Part shown: positions 12,241-25,308 of the stretch, piece after piece
Layout: the number at the start of each line of letters is the position of its first letter
Numbering within the stretch: position 1 is the first letter of the stretch
Assembly (NCBI GenBank): GCA_963575745.1
Contig: CAUYUJ010000114.1
Coordinates: 558,001 to 622,000, forward strand
Direction of reading: 5' to 3'
Source of the DNA: Prorocentrum cordatum
Taxonomy: Eukaryota
Length of the DNA stretch: 64,000 bases
Notes under the pieces: generated by a model
The model's input: only the letters and a program-made list of their open reading frames with translations
Databases searched by the model: none
What the model was told of the DNA's origin: nothing
Translations under genes and position numbers: made by a program

Positions 12241-12955
12241 GATCAGGAGCTCAGACCTCTTCCGGACCACGAGCTCCAGTGGCGACGGCCAGGCGACTGC
12301 CGAAGAGCTCCGCGCCGCGCTCGGAGGCCTCGGGCTGAAGCCCAGGCCAGACCAGTTCTCGGCTCTGGTCGCAATGCTGGACCCGGATTGCAGCGGCAAG
12401 GTCGGATTCAAGGAGTTCGAGAGGGCCTTGAGGCAGGTAGACAAAACGCAGCCGTCGGCACCCGCATCGCGTCCCTCCAAGAGCAAGCTCATGGATAAGG
12501 ACAAGGAGGAGTTCCGGCAAATCTTCTGCCTCTTCAAGCAGCTGTGCCGGACTGGCTCATCTGGGGAACCCGAGCTCGTGGAGTGGGACGAGAGCGGCAA
12601 CATAGCCGCCGACGATCTCGAGCAGTTGTTGGAGACGGTGGGTTTGAAGCTCAGCAGTTCCGAGCTGAACGGCATCATCAAGGACCTCGACAAAAACAAT
12701 GACGGGACCATCGATTTTGAGGAATTCTGCTCCTCGACGACGGAACAGATCCAACTGGATTACAGTCAAGAGGAGATCTCTAGAGCCTTCGCGTCGTTCC
12801 AGAAGAACAGTCCCGACGGCCTGATAAAGGTCAAGGACCTCAGAGAGGCTCTGAAGACACACATGTACCATGAGATGATCGACGCGGAGATCAACGAACT
12901 GATCTTCCAGTACAAGGATTCGTTCGTAAGGCTGCCAGGCTCAGATGAGGAGTAT
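12241..12955 (+). CDS. EF-hand (calmodulin/centrin-like) protein, exon 2
   Basis: EF loops DPDCSGKVGFKE, DESGNIAADD, DKNNDGTIDFEE; long uninterrupted reading frame. Confidence 0.85.
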
Positions 12956-13701
12956 CGAAAGGGTTTTTCGCTCTCTGCCGCCCACACGCTAGGCTGAGCC
13001 ATCTTGGGACTAGATCCGGGCAGTTTCAGGGGCCATCACGGGGCCTCTTGGGCCATGTTAGGGCATCGGGGGGCCATCTCCAGGCTATCCTGGGCAATCT
13101 CGGGGCCATTCTGTTGCCTCGGGGGCCCTGCTTGGAGGGCGTGCTGGGGCCATCTTGTGCCATCCTGTGCGGTTTGGGTGGCATCTTGGGGCCGTTTGGG
13201 CATTTGGGGCCGTCTTGGACAATCTCGGAGCTCTGGGGGCCTTCGTGAAGCGATCTTTGGACATTTTGGGAGCAATTCGTGGGACGGGCAAAGAACAACA
13301 TTGAAGTATAGTTGCTGCTCTCTCGGAAATGTTTTGGAGGCCCTCTTGGGGCATCATGGAGGCATCTTGGGGCCACCATTTTCGGCCGTCTTTGGCTTTT
13401 GAAGCTCTCTTCGCAGCCTCCTGGGGTCGTCTGCGAGGCCTCTTGGACCGTCTTGGCCTGCCGTGCGGTGGCGTCCAAGGGGAATTCTGGGGCAACCTAG
13501 ACAGGCCAGGCATTTGAGGGACCTCCCTGTGGTGACTTGTTGTATGGCCCAGGCTCCCTCAGTAACTCAGTAGACGGCAAAGTGGGGACAGTACTACAGA
13601 GATGACGCATAAAAAAGTGCAACTCAAAGAGCACAAGACAGCGGCCTGGCCGAAGACTCCACAGCCTGGCGCGCCACCGGGGTGGTGTGGGGGCGGCGGA
13701 T

Positions 13702-13761
13702 TTCAATTTCCAGGAGTACATCAACCTGATGGCACCTCTGGGCGGCGCTGGGGCAGACTAG
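13702..13761 (+). CDS. EF-hand protein terminal segment
   Basis: FNFQEYINLMAPLGGAGAD* continues ...SDEEY as the exiting helix of the last EF hand; separated by a ~746-bp repeat insertion. Confidence 0.7.
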   Translation, partial: FNFQEYINLMAPLGGAGAD

Positions 13762-14431
13762 GTCCTCCGCCCCGCCCTCCCAGACGCCGGCACGCGCTGG
13801 GCCCGCCCGGGCACGGAGGAGGCTCGCGCCCCCCGCGCGCGCGGGACGTGCGCCGCTCTGCCAGGCAGCACAGGGGGTCGACCCCTCGAGGCTCAGCCCG
13901 GCCAGGCGGCGCGCGCTGGCCGCTGCTCTCTCTCGAGGAGGCGGCGTGAGCTGGCCGCCCGCGAGCGGCCGCCGTGTCCGTCGAGCGGAGCGGCGTCTCC
14001 TCCGCCTCTCGCCCTGCTCGTCTCCCCGCAGCGCCAAGGCACCAGGATCTGACGTCCTGCACGAACGAGATGGGCACGGAAAGAATGGGTACAATGCTCA
14101 ATAGCAGTTCCTGGTCATTCTGAACAGGACTCGCCGTCCGCGCCGCCGCGGCCCGTGTCCATTTGAGACAGAAGGTCGCCTGCCCAACAGCGGCCGCTGT
14201 TGGCTTGGGACAACATTTGTTGTTGGGCATTGTACCCATTTTTTCCGTACCCATTTCGGGCGTCCAAACTGATGTCTTTCCTGCGCGCCGACCCCACCTC
14301 GCTACTCACAGAGGGCCCGATGGGTTGCGAAGGCTTTGCCAGCCACCCCTGGCATGAGCTCTTGCGCAGGCCTCTTAAAGGGTCTCCGCACCATACCCCG
14401 TGGGCCGTCTGCATTTCTGGCGGACCTCCTC

Positions 14432-14628
14432 TCGGGACGGGCGAAAGGGGGGGATTGGGAAAGGGGGGGTTACGAAATCTGCTGCATGCAGCTGGTTTCG
14501 GCCCCGCCGCTGGGCCCATTCCTCGATACATAGTCGCCTCCGGCGCCGAGAGGCGCCGGGAAAATCAGTTACGTGAGCTGATTCTCACCCCCCCCCCCTT
14601 TGCTATCCCCCCCTTTCGCCCAGCCCGA
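14432..14628. mobile_element. MITE family A copy, TSD TCCTC
   Basis: Same TIRs and core; TSD at 14427-14431 and 14629-14633. Confidence 0.9.
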
Positions 14629-15324
14629 TCCTCTGCTTCCGCCGCCTCATCCCCTCTTCGTCTCCGAGGGGAAGCAAGATCCGCAGGAGCAGTACCTTGC
14701 GGAGGCCCGCGTGGAATAGCTAGGATCGACGCTCGCCCCCCTCCCTGGCGAGCGAGAGGCGCGCCCGAGGCCGCGCTGGAGGCGCCGCAAGAGGGTTCCA
14801 GGGCCGACCGGGCAAGTCCGCGCGGACATTTCAATGTTTCTGTCGATGAAGACTCTCTTAATGTTGCTCGCATCTCTGGATTTGTCTTCTTACTCTTCTC
14901 CTCCTCCTCCTCCTCCACCTCGTATCCCTGAATTGGTCTTCTTGTTCTTCTCCTCCTCCTCCTCCTCCTGCTCCTCCTCCTCCTCCTCCTCCTCCGCTTC
15001 CTCCTCCTCCTCCTCCGCTTCCTCCTCCTCCTCCTCCTCCTCCTCCGCCTCCTTCTCCTCCTACTCCTCCCCCTCCGCCTCGCCACCCCCCTTCCCCCCG
15101 TCCCCCTCCCGCCCTCCTGGTCGCCCCGCCCGCTCGCCGGGGCGGGGCCGCTCCCGCGCGGCCCCGGTCCCGCGGCCCCGCCCGCTACTGCGGCGCCGCG
15201 GGGGCCCGGCGCCTCTGCGCGGTCGCCGCCTGCACCGGGAGGGGGTCGGGGGCAGGTCCGCTGCACCGCCCATGCAGGGGCTCCCAAACTGTTCAGTGAC
15301 CGCACCGTGTGGTGAGCCCCAGTG

Positions 15325-15495
15325 TCGGGCGGGACGAAAGTGGGGGATTGGGAAAGGGGGGGGTTACGAAATCTGTTGCATGCAGCTGGTTTCGGCCCCG
15401 CCGCCGGGCCCATTCCTCGATCCATGGGCGCCTCCCGGCGCCGGAAGGCGCCGGGAGAATCAGCTACGTGAGCTGATTCTCAACCCCCCTTTTGC
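15325..15495. mobile_element. MITE family A copy, right end truncated
   Basis: Left TIR and core match; runs into a family E repeat. Confidence 0.75.
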
Positions 15496-18179
15496 AGGAG
15501 GGGAAAAAACACAGACACCATGAGTCGTCGACTCCGGGGAAAATATGGGAAAATAGGGGAAGTGGGGAGGGGAAGACAAAAAACCAGAAACTATCGGGAC
15601 ATATGGGAAAATATAAGAAGATATGGGAAAATATGGGAGCATGTCTGGAGGGATGAGAAAACGACGCTACCCTGGGTTACATATGCGTGGTCTGTAGACC
15701 TCCTGAGAACCCCCAAAGCCTAGAGCCGCCAGGACGCGGCACATCACGCAGGGTTTGGCCTGTCGGCTCACAGGAGTTTCAGCGCACAGCGCCCTGTAAA
15801 CCAGAGTAGGGGCGATGTCCGCTACACAGCCGTGACAAAAGGTTCTTCACTTTGCTATGATGAGGATCTCTCCCGTCTCTGGCAAGATTCCCAACACGAT
15901 ATGATGCTTGGGTCATTCGGCGGAGTAGTTTCCGATCCCGGAGACGTGGGTAACTCTGTTACCCCAAAACGGGATCAGAAGCTACTCCGCGCCAAACCAT
16001 ACAACTTATCGAGCGGGATGCGATTGCGCGCGGAGTAGTTTTAGTAAAACTACTCCGAACTACTCCGCACGAGCGCGTCATTCCAAAAGGCAAATTGAAA
16101 AAAACTTTCGTCACGGAGATGCATATTCAGGCCAGCCACACCAGGGGGAGCTGTGGTCCTTACCCCTGGGGGACCCATCGATTTCGACACCCCTCTCGAG
16201 AGTTCGTCGAAGCGATGGGTTCCCCCAGGGGGGTAAGGACCACAGCTCCCCCAGTTATGGCTGGTCGGATATTCTTCACGCTCCGCGCATCTCTAGGCCT
16301 CCCAGGTGGGGTCCGAGTAGGTGGGGGCCGATGCAGCGCCGATGCAGCGCCGATGCGGCTCGATGTGCCGCCCGGTGTGCTTCACGTCGACGTCGCCGAT
16401 ACATCGGCGACGTCGACGATGCATCGCCATTGCATCGCCGATACATCGCCGATACATTGCCGATGCATCGACGATGCGGCGCGATCCTCCGACCCCATCT
16501 ACTCCGACCCCATCTAAGAAGCCGCTAATATCCCCACCAGCCCATCCAGAAACGCTGCCGATAAGAGCTGACCTTCTTGAGACCCTCCCGGGGTCCTCTT
16601 GGGGCTCTCCCAGCGCCCTCTTGCGGCGCACTGGAGGCTCGTTTGGAGGGTGCTGGCGCCTTGCGCACTTCGTTGGGGCCTCCTGGGAGCCCTGGAGGGC
16701 CTGTTGGGGCCATCCTTTCCGAGGCGGGAATTTATACAGGACCACCGCCTGGAGGGTCAGTTTTCGGAGCCTCGGCAGGCGGTGGATATGGACAGATTCG
16801 GGCCCCCAAGGGCCGAAATGTATCCATATCCATCGCCCGTTAGGGCACTAGGACGTCGGTTCCCAGGCGGTGGATATGGATAAAGCCCCGGCTCGCATCC
16901 TTGAGGCCCCGGGGGGGGTCTTTCATCTACGTTCCCCTCCAGAGCCTCCGCTCGGTCTCCGCCTGCGCTCAGAGGAAGAAAGTCGGGGCCAGGAGCACGT
17001 CCAGACACAATTAATCGTCGACTCCCTGGAAAATTTTGGGAAATATGGAAAGTGGGGGGAAGACAATAACCCAGAAAATATAAGAATATATGGGGAATCC
17101 TGTTATTTGTGTGTATTTATTTGTGTGTCCCAGGGCCTCTTCAATAGTGTGTGATGTTTGCCCACCACTTTGTGGCAAATGGCGGCCCAGACATACCTAA
17201 TTTGTTCCAACACCTTTCGCCCGGAAGACCAGCTGGAAACTCGTGCATTATAGTTGCGTTATCTTGTGGCGCTCCTACGAAGCCCCATGAGACAGGGCCC
17301 AGATACCTTAGTGTGTATACGGCCGGCCTTCAAAAACACACCATGTAAACTTACATGCTCTGAGGTCCGAGCGGTTTTGTTGGATCTGTGCCTGGGACCC
17401 CCTGGCGCCGCCTCTGGCGCCGCCCCTGACGCGTCCCGCGCGCCAGGGGAGGGGGATCCAGCGCCGATACAAGAAATCTTCGCGGATCTCCGACAGTTTA
17501 TATTTGTGCCGTTTCTTCTTCCTCGATGCACACCCAGACGTCCACCGTCTTGACAAGGGTTGATGTCGGAGGAGGAAAAGTGTACCGCTAGCGCGGCTTT
17601 TGCATCGTTTTCGCCTCTCTGGGCCTCCTGGGAGGCCCTGGTCGCCATGGCTGGATTCGCACCGAGATTTCTGGTCAGAGCGCACCCCTGGAGGGGCCCT
17701 CGGGTGCAACGTCAAGGGGGGATACAGTCGGCCCAGATTAGTAGGTCGACCCTGCACGATCAAGGGTACCCTTGTGTCCTGTGTCTCGCGACCCACGCTT
17801 CCTACCTTCCTGTGGCAATGTGGCCCTCGGAAGGGTCTTGTGTCCTCTCGCGTGTCCTGCCCAGTCGAGTCCGACTGCAGGCTCAGGGAGGGATGCATGG
17901 ACCCCCAATCGCCCACTCATCGCCGGCAGGGGCTCGACAGCCCACTCCGCCCGGGAGTGTGCGGATTCCATGTCGGGGGCCTCCTGCCGTCGGAATTTCA
18001 ATTCTGTTTTGCAGTATGCGCATCACACAAGAGATCGGCCGGCCAGCAATTGTTTACGCGTCGCGGGTCCCCAACAGCCCATTCAGGCGCCCTGCCCATG
18101 AGAGCGGACGGGAAAAGGGACGCAGAGACACAGGAGGTTATCTTCGAGCACCGAAGGCATTTTGCAGCTACGGCGCTGT

Positions 18180-19770
18180 ATTGGGGGACATCGGAGTCTT
18201 CTTGGAGCTCTTGTAAGGCATCTTGGGGCCCTCTTGGGGCTTTTCAGTGGGTCTTGGGGTCCTCTTGTGGCGCACTGATAGGGCTCTCTAGGGGCTGAAC
18301 TGGGGCCCTTTTGGGAGCTATGGAACGCATCGGTCAAAGGAAGTGGGGGTCCTCGATTTCCCTTCCCCTTCCAGGCAGGCCCATCGAAATGGCCTCTTGG
18401 GGCGTTTGGGGGGCCCTCTTGGGGCCATCTTGGGCGTTATTGGGGCAGTCGTGGGGGCCTCTTGGGCCCTTGTTGGAGCTCTCTTGGGCCAACTCAAGGC
18501 CATCTTGGGGCTTTAAAAAACGCATCGGAAACGAAAAGGCGAAAAGGCACAAGCCAGTGTTTTTCTTTAGGTGTTTGAATGATGTTGGCTTTTCAGGGAG
18601 GTCCTGAGGGGTCGCCAAAGCACCTGGAACCATCTTGTGGCCCTCTTGGGGCCTCTTGGAGGCATGTTGCTAGCTATATTGAGCCATGCTGGGCTATCTT
18701 GAGCGCTCTTGGAGGCCATCTTGGGCCCTCTGAGGCCCTCTTGGAGCCATTTTGGGCCATCTTGGACGCTCCAACCCCTCGCGAAGCCCCCGTCCAGGTC
18801 CAGTGGAAGGGGTAGGGGAATGGGTCAAGCGACCCACCCGCCCGCAAACCATCTAGCTCACTCCCACCCGCCCTCCCAACACATAAGTAACAGCCGAGCC
18901 TGAAACATGTTATGCAGTCGTCTTTGGATGGACACCTATTGTGAAGCAAAACCGACCCTATGTGCGCGACGCTTGGGCGAGGTAGGTGTGCCACGCTTGC
19001 CAGGCCCGCCACGCGCGCCGTGCACCCCTGGGGCCCGAGCGTGACAGGCACGCGTGGTGCGCCAGATGCGCCACGTGCTCCGCGTGCGCCAGGTGTGCCG
19101 CACATTCCAGCCGCGCCAGGTGCGCCACGTTCGGGGCACGTGCGGAAGGTATCAGGTGCGCCTGCGCACGTGACAGCGCACCTCGGGAAACATGTCGGCC
19201 CACCATCCTTGTCGAAAACAAATGCCTATCATTTTGTGTGGTGGGCCTGCGCACAGCAGGCCAAACGCCACCACCCCCGCTTTCCTTGTCACAAAACCAT
19301 TTACGTGACGGTGATCGCAGGGTGGCCGCGCATGGTCCTGATTTAGCCGCGAGGTGCATTTTGTATTTTGTTGTGTCAGGGATGGCAGTCCTGCGCGCAG
19401 CAGGCAATATGCTGACACCCCCGCCGCCCCTGTCAAAAACAATACACAGTGCCCGCGGGCCTCACAAACATGATTCAAGACTTTGCCCCTAGTGTTTTTG
19501 ACAGGGATGGTGGTGGGGGGGGGCGCATCGGCTTGGCCGCGCATGTTCCAGATGTGGAAGCAGAAATCGTTGCGCAGTATTTTCTGACACGGGTGGTGGT
19601 GAGGGGTCCGCATGGTGTCCTTATGGTTCCTGGTTGGCTGCCGGTCGCCTGGGGGAGGGGGTGTATAATAATAGGGAACAGTGATAAGCCCCCGAAATGG
19701 AAGAAGGGGTGGTGGAAGGGGAAAGAAAGACATCGTTAGACCACTTGTCGCCCAGAGGGCTGGTGGGATT
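18180..19770 (+). repeat. Long dispersed repeat family L (also ~51450-53001, ~53040-54062, remnants at 1-420 and ending 1417)
   Basis: GGGCCATCTTGG-rich 5' part; shared CTCACTCCCACCCG motif; fixed end GCCCAGAGGGCTGGTGGGATT. Confidence 0.7.
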
Positions 19771-22285
19771 GCCCCATGAAGATGTCTTATCCCTTCGATG
19801 ACCCTGGGAAACGCCGATGCCCTTGGGCACCACAGGAAACTGATCGATCAACGACAAATATGCCCCTAAATCTCTTATAGCAAGATGTCCTACAGTCAGG
19901 ACGTTCAAGTAAGGACCACTTGGGGCTCAGGAGGGACTCTGGTTTTCTGGCCACTCCTCAGATCGAAGTCGGGGAATCTATTCGTGGCCAAGCCACGCAG
20001 TGGTCAGAAAAGCCCCTTAGCCGATAAAACAGCATAAGTGGCACTCCCGTTGGTCTGGGTGTAGCCGTCCCCAATAATATTTCGAATTGGTCCTGCACCG
20101 TCCCCCACGACAAGCTGAATCCATCACATGTCGTTGTGCCCTGGCGGTGTCAACATAATCTCGGAAAAACATTTGCTGCTACAATTTGTGACCAGGGTGT
20201 TCGTGTTCCGCGAGCTGACATGCGTTGCTGATTAATTGACTTGTGGTTGCAGGATGCTCGTGTACAGTGCCGGCCTCCTTCAACCCGAAACCATACATCC
20301 ATCTCTTCGGTAGTGCATTCTGAGCGCGGTCATCTTCAGCAGCGATGGGCGCGGATTGTGTGGTCCACCCTGGAGGTGTGACCATAGTTTCTTGCGATCT
20401 CTGTCGAAGCCGATCGAAGTCGAACTTTGCCATGCCGTTTGCCACCTGGGTGTCCCCAGAGAGCTCCAGGAAGCCCCCCCCTGAGGATACGTAGATCCCG
20501 TCTCGGGTCCTTCGTATGTCAACCCGCCTGCCCCGTCCAGGCAATCTCGTTCATGTGCTTAGCCCGAGGGTTCGCATCATCGCATCAATTCCTGTGCTGG
20601 ATCTTGTCGTCGCGTTCGCAACAATACTTCCCGGAATGTACCGTGAGAGATTATGTCAGGGAAGCGGAGACGGGGTAACAGTAGACGGGGTAACAGGAGA
20701 TGGCTGGTTCGAGGTCCAGTGCAGATTTGTTTAGGCTTCTGCGTTCAATGCAGCACCTGTTACATGTTCTCTGCGTTGAATATTTTCGCCTGCTGCACTG
20801 GATATTTTTGCTTTGGACTATTTGTTACCCGGTCTGTATGGTTTGTTTGCAGTGCTTCCGCAACTAGTTGCAGAACAAATGCAGTGTTGTTTTTTTCGCG
20901 TCGCAGGAAATGACAGTGCAGTGCTGTTACTGTTTCTCCATCTTGATCTTATGGTGGGTCTGTTACCACGTTTAGGTGTTACTCGGTTTTGCTTCCCCTG
21001 ATTCTGAGTGATTTGACGGACGACGACGACGATGACGACGACAACCATAATTTGAAGATTGTTCGCTCGTATCAGCTCGCGTGCCATACAATACGTATGT
21101 CAAACCCTCGATACCCGCCCCGTTCGTCTTCCATCGAACCCCTTTGGGGGTCTATCTTTCTTTCCTGCAACGTGTATTTCGTGCAGCCCCGAAGGCAGGG
21201 GGGGAGAGGACGGATGGAAGGAAGGGACACGGGGAAGGGAGGAGGATGGAGCAAGAGGAAAAATATCAGGAGGGGAGCTGGGAGCAGAAAACATGTGGCA
21301 GAGCCAGACGGGCAGATCGGGCGGGTAGACCCTGACTGGCGGATCGGGAAGGCGGGCCCAGGCGGCCAGGTCGAGCAGGCGTGTTGCTGAAGCGTGCGTC
21401 CTGCATGATTCGCGAGGAAGTCTCGAGCGACCGCGCGATTCCCAAGTATATCGTGAGGGAATCCTCAGCGAGAGCGTGATTCCTGAGTGTCGAGGGCGCG
21501 GCGATGGAATAAATTGTGAGGAAGTCCCACGCGGGAGTGCGATTTCTGCATAATTTGTGAGGAAGTCCCGCGCAAGAACGCGATTTGGGAACATATTGTG
21601 GGGATGCAGCAGGTGGGAGCCGCTGTTTTTGCAAACCAGGGACCAAAGACACCATTCTGAGACCCAAAACTTGCCCTGATATTGCACCAGAGAAAAGCCC
21701 CAATCAGAGGATGGTTTGAAATATATGGACGGTGAGTCTGAAAATGGGAGCGATAGTAAGGACGATAGTAAGGTCTATCGTGAGACCGATCGTGAAGTCG
21801 ATTCAGTGAGATCGATGGTGAGATCGCTCGTGCGATCTAGAATGGGATCGATTATGATTTCACTAGTGAGGTGGTTCGTGAGATCGATGGTGAGACCGAT
21901 CGATAAGGAGATCGACCAAGAACCCGGGAACCTGGAATCTCGGGAACCCCGCCGCCCACCGAAATCGGTCCGGCAATAGCAACCGGGAACCCGGGAACCG
22001 GGTCGCCTTAACCCGGCTTTTTCCGCCAAATCTCCGCTGGGGGACCATTTCATATTAATTGGGAAAAAAACAGGGTGCAAGCTTTGGGAAGGGCCTTTCA
22101 TTTGAAAAAACACGATGTGCCCCGGAGGGGGGATCAACAATAATTGTTTTCAGTAGTGAGAGTCCAACAACATCGACCATGCACGCCCAAAAACACGACG
22201 CAACGACGACCACAACGGCGACGACGACGTCGACGACGGCGGCGGCGGCGGGGACGACGACAGCACCAGAGGGTCTGCGCCGCAG

Positions 22286-22375
22286 GCGAACGCCCTGAAG
22301 GAGCAGGAGGTCGACCTCGTCCACGAGATGGAGCAGAAGACGCGAACGCTGAGGGACCTGCAGTCCAAGATCAAG
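22286..22375 (+). CDS. SMC4: SMC4 exon 6
   Basis: CAG|GCG acceptor; ANALKEQEVDLVHEMEQKTRTLRDLQSKIK, 90 nt, GC donor. Confidence 0.75.
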
Positions 22376-22539
22376 GCCCCCCAGGGGGGAAGGACGAGAA
22401 TCAGAGGAGGGCCCATCGAAGCGTCGGTCGGCGGTCCACCTTTCCCTTGAGTTCAGACTCATCTCTCCTTCCAATTGTCGCTTTCCACCTTGTCCTCCTC
22501 CTCCTCCCCCTTCTCCTCCTCCTCCTCCCCCTTCTCCTC

Positions 22540-22570
<31 letters not shown>

Positions 22571-23049
22571 TTAGCCATTCAGTGTTCAACGTGCGCGCAC
22601 TCCACGCCGCTGTTCGCCTCGGGCTCTCGGTCAGTGGGTGCGCCGCCGCTGACCTGATGCCGTGTACGGCGAAGGACAGGCCGCGTGGCTTGCCCGTCGG
22701 TATCGTTTAACCGATCCCCATCCCCTTCGAGACCCCCACCAACTTACCACCCCAGTTGGGGATAGATACACCCCTCGAAACCCGAGGGGGACGACCATTA
22801 TGTCCCCATCTAGGGGGGGGGGCAAGTCGGCCAGCGGGGCCCAGGCCACGCCGCTGGGGATGGGGATCGCTTATAACGATACTCAGTGCGCGGCGAAGGA
22901 CAGGCCGCGTGGCTTGCCAAGCGGGATGTCCCCCGATTGGGGCCCGAATCGCGGAGCGCGCCGCCGTCGGCGTTGACGCCGCAGGCGGGCAGCCCGTGGC
23001 CGTTCGCCCGCTGCGGGCGCCTCAGAGGCTCCTGCGCACGTCGAGGTGT

Positions 23050-23192
<143 letters not shown>

Positions 23193-24713
23193 TTCGCCGC
23201 CGCCGTCGGTCGTGGGCTCGGCCGCGTCGCGGGGTCTTCCGCCGTCGTCTCTCCGGGTCCCTCTGCCGCCTTTGCTCCTCCTCGCTCTCCCCAGCCCCCT
23301 CTCCCCCCGTCTTCCAGGCCGCCCCCACCGCAGAGGGGGTCAAGCTGCTCCGTCGTGCCCTTCTCGGCGCGCGCCTCCGCGCGCCTCCTCGTGCCGCTGA
23401 TGCATCTCCCCGCTCACCGATGCTCACCTTTTTTGGCTTTTGTCAGTTGCGGTTGTTGCCAAATAGGGTGTTTGGCCTGCCGTGCCCTCTTCGCTGTCGG
23501 AGGTGGCGCGGCGCTCCTGCCGGCCCGGGCGGCGCCCCCCTCCGCGGTGGATCGTTCATTTCGGGTCGACCCCACCGCGGGGGGGATGAGCCTCGTCCGC
23601 ATGCTCGCCTGGCGGTCGCGGCCGGATGGCACCTCCTTTTTACCTCGCGGGGCGTCACGACCGAGACGTCTGCGCGTACGCTGCAACTCGCGCTATTGCC
23701 CGCGCTGGTCGGTTTACGGTTGGCACGAAGTCTGCTGCTGCGCTGGTACCCTACCAAACAATTCGGTCGGCGTTTTTGCAGCTTGTTGGGCCATCCCAGG
23801 CTTTGGTCGCTCCTTGGTGGCGCGGCTACCCACCAAGGATTTTACGGCAGAGCTTCATTAGATTAGTTTGGGCCCCGCATGTACATGCTTCCACGTGTGC
23901 CGTGCGTCTCGGGTCTATTATTCAATATTGTTTTTTTGATTTCGGGGTTGTGTCAGGTCATCGTGCGTCTTTGGTCCGTAGGTTGTACCTTACCAGCTGT
24001 TTCGCAGGGCCTTTGTGCACGGCGCTGTGCCCCACCTGTCTGCTGGTCGGGCAGCAGTCAAGAGGTTCTTTTGCGCTCTGGTGCCCAACGCCGTCGGGTC
24101 GGTGAACTAGCCGAAGGAGGTCTACCCGCCGAGTTGATGGACGTTCGGCGCGCCGCCTGCGCCGCGCAGGCTCGCGTCGCCAGGCTGGAGAATCGGAGGC
24201 GCCGGGGCCTTGGAGCAGATGCGCGGGCTTCGGCGCCGCGCTCCTTGCAAAAAGTGATTGGGAACGCTGTCCATAGAACAGGGCTAGGATCGGGATAAAT
24301 CGCTCCAGAGCGTTCCGGAGCGCTCTCAGAGCGTTCCGGAACGCTCTGGAGCGGCCGCGGCGCCCAATACATCCTCCAAACCCGCCGATTCTCAGAGATT
24401 TCGAGTTATCCCGATCCGATTTTGTCCCGATCTCCGTGTCGTTTTAGTCCACGCAAGCAGGGCTGGCGCTTGGCTGCTTTCTCTGGCCGCCCTGGCAGCT
24501 GCAGAGCACCAGGCCCTGCAGGCTGAGCGCTCGACGCCTGGCGGCCGCTCCCTGGCGGCCCCCCCCCCCGGCCGCTGGCGTCTTCGCGATCTTCTGCGAG
24601 GGGTGGCGAGCCTCGGCGGGCTCCGCCCTCCGGCGATGCCGCCGTGCTCGAGGGGCGCCCTCGCCGGCGCGCTCGCCGACGAGTGGAGCGACGGTCGATC
24701 GAGGTACCGCCTG

Positions 24714-24908
24714 TCGGGCCGGGCGAAAGGGGGGGATTGGGAAAAGGGGGGTAACGAAATTTGCTGCATGCAGCTGGTTTCGGCCTCACCGAGGGGCCCA
24801 TTCCTCGATACATGGCCGCCTCCAGCGCCGGGAGGCGCCGGGAAAGTCAGCTGCGTGAGCTGATTCTCAAACCCCCCCTTTGCTATCCCCCCCTTTCGCC
24901 CGACCCGA
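24714..24908. mobile_element. MITE family A copy, TSD GCCTG
   Basis: TSD at 24709-24713 and 24909-24913. Confidence 0.9.
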
Positions 24909-25308
24909 GCCTGGCCGACGGGCGGGGCGATTCATCGCCAGCGCCGCCGCCGGGAGGAGCTTGCTTCCGCCGCGGGCGATGGCCGCGGGGATCCGGGCGG
25001 CCTTCCACGCGCGGCCGACGTGCCGTCGGCCCCGGACAGCGGGCGCGCGCATGCTCAACTGCGGAGCGGGTCGCGATTCCGTCGAGCACTGCGCCCCCTG
25101 CCGAGTTTATCATCGCGACCTCAGCGCGCGTCTACTCCGCGCTCACCGGCCAGCTTCGGCAGCGGTGCTCTCTGCATTTCTCGGGTTGCGTGGCGAGGTT
25201 CCCCAGCAGGCCGCCTTGAGATCGCCGGCGCGGCGCGCGCTGCACCGCGCGGCGAACGGCTTACGGCGCGGATCCTTTGGCCCGTCAGATGCGGAGAATG
25301 CCTTCGTT

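Noticed and set aside
19790..20720. Possible decayed non-LTR RT fragment on the minus strand (IRDLGAYL, LPKRWMYG)
   Set aside because: Motifs are too short and out of the expected order; cannot be supported without a search.
25092..25110. CGCCCCCTGCCGAGTTTAT nearly matches 29467-29485, suggesting a TSD
   Set aside because: It lies ~200 bp from the left junction and the empty site rejoins without it. More likely an internal repeat of the interrupted sequence.
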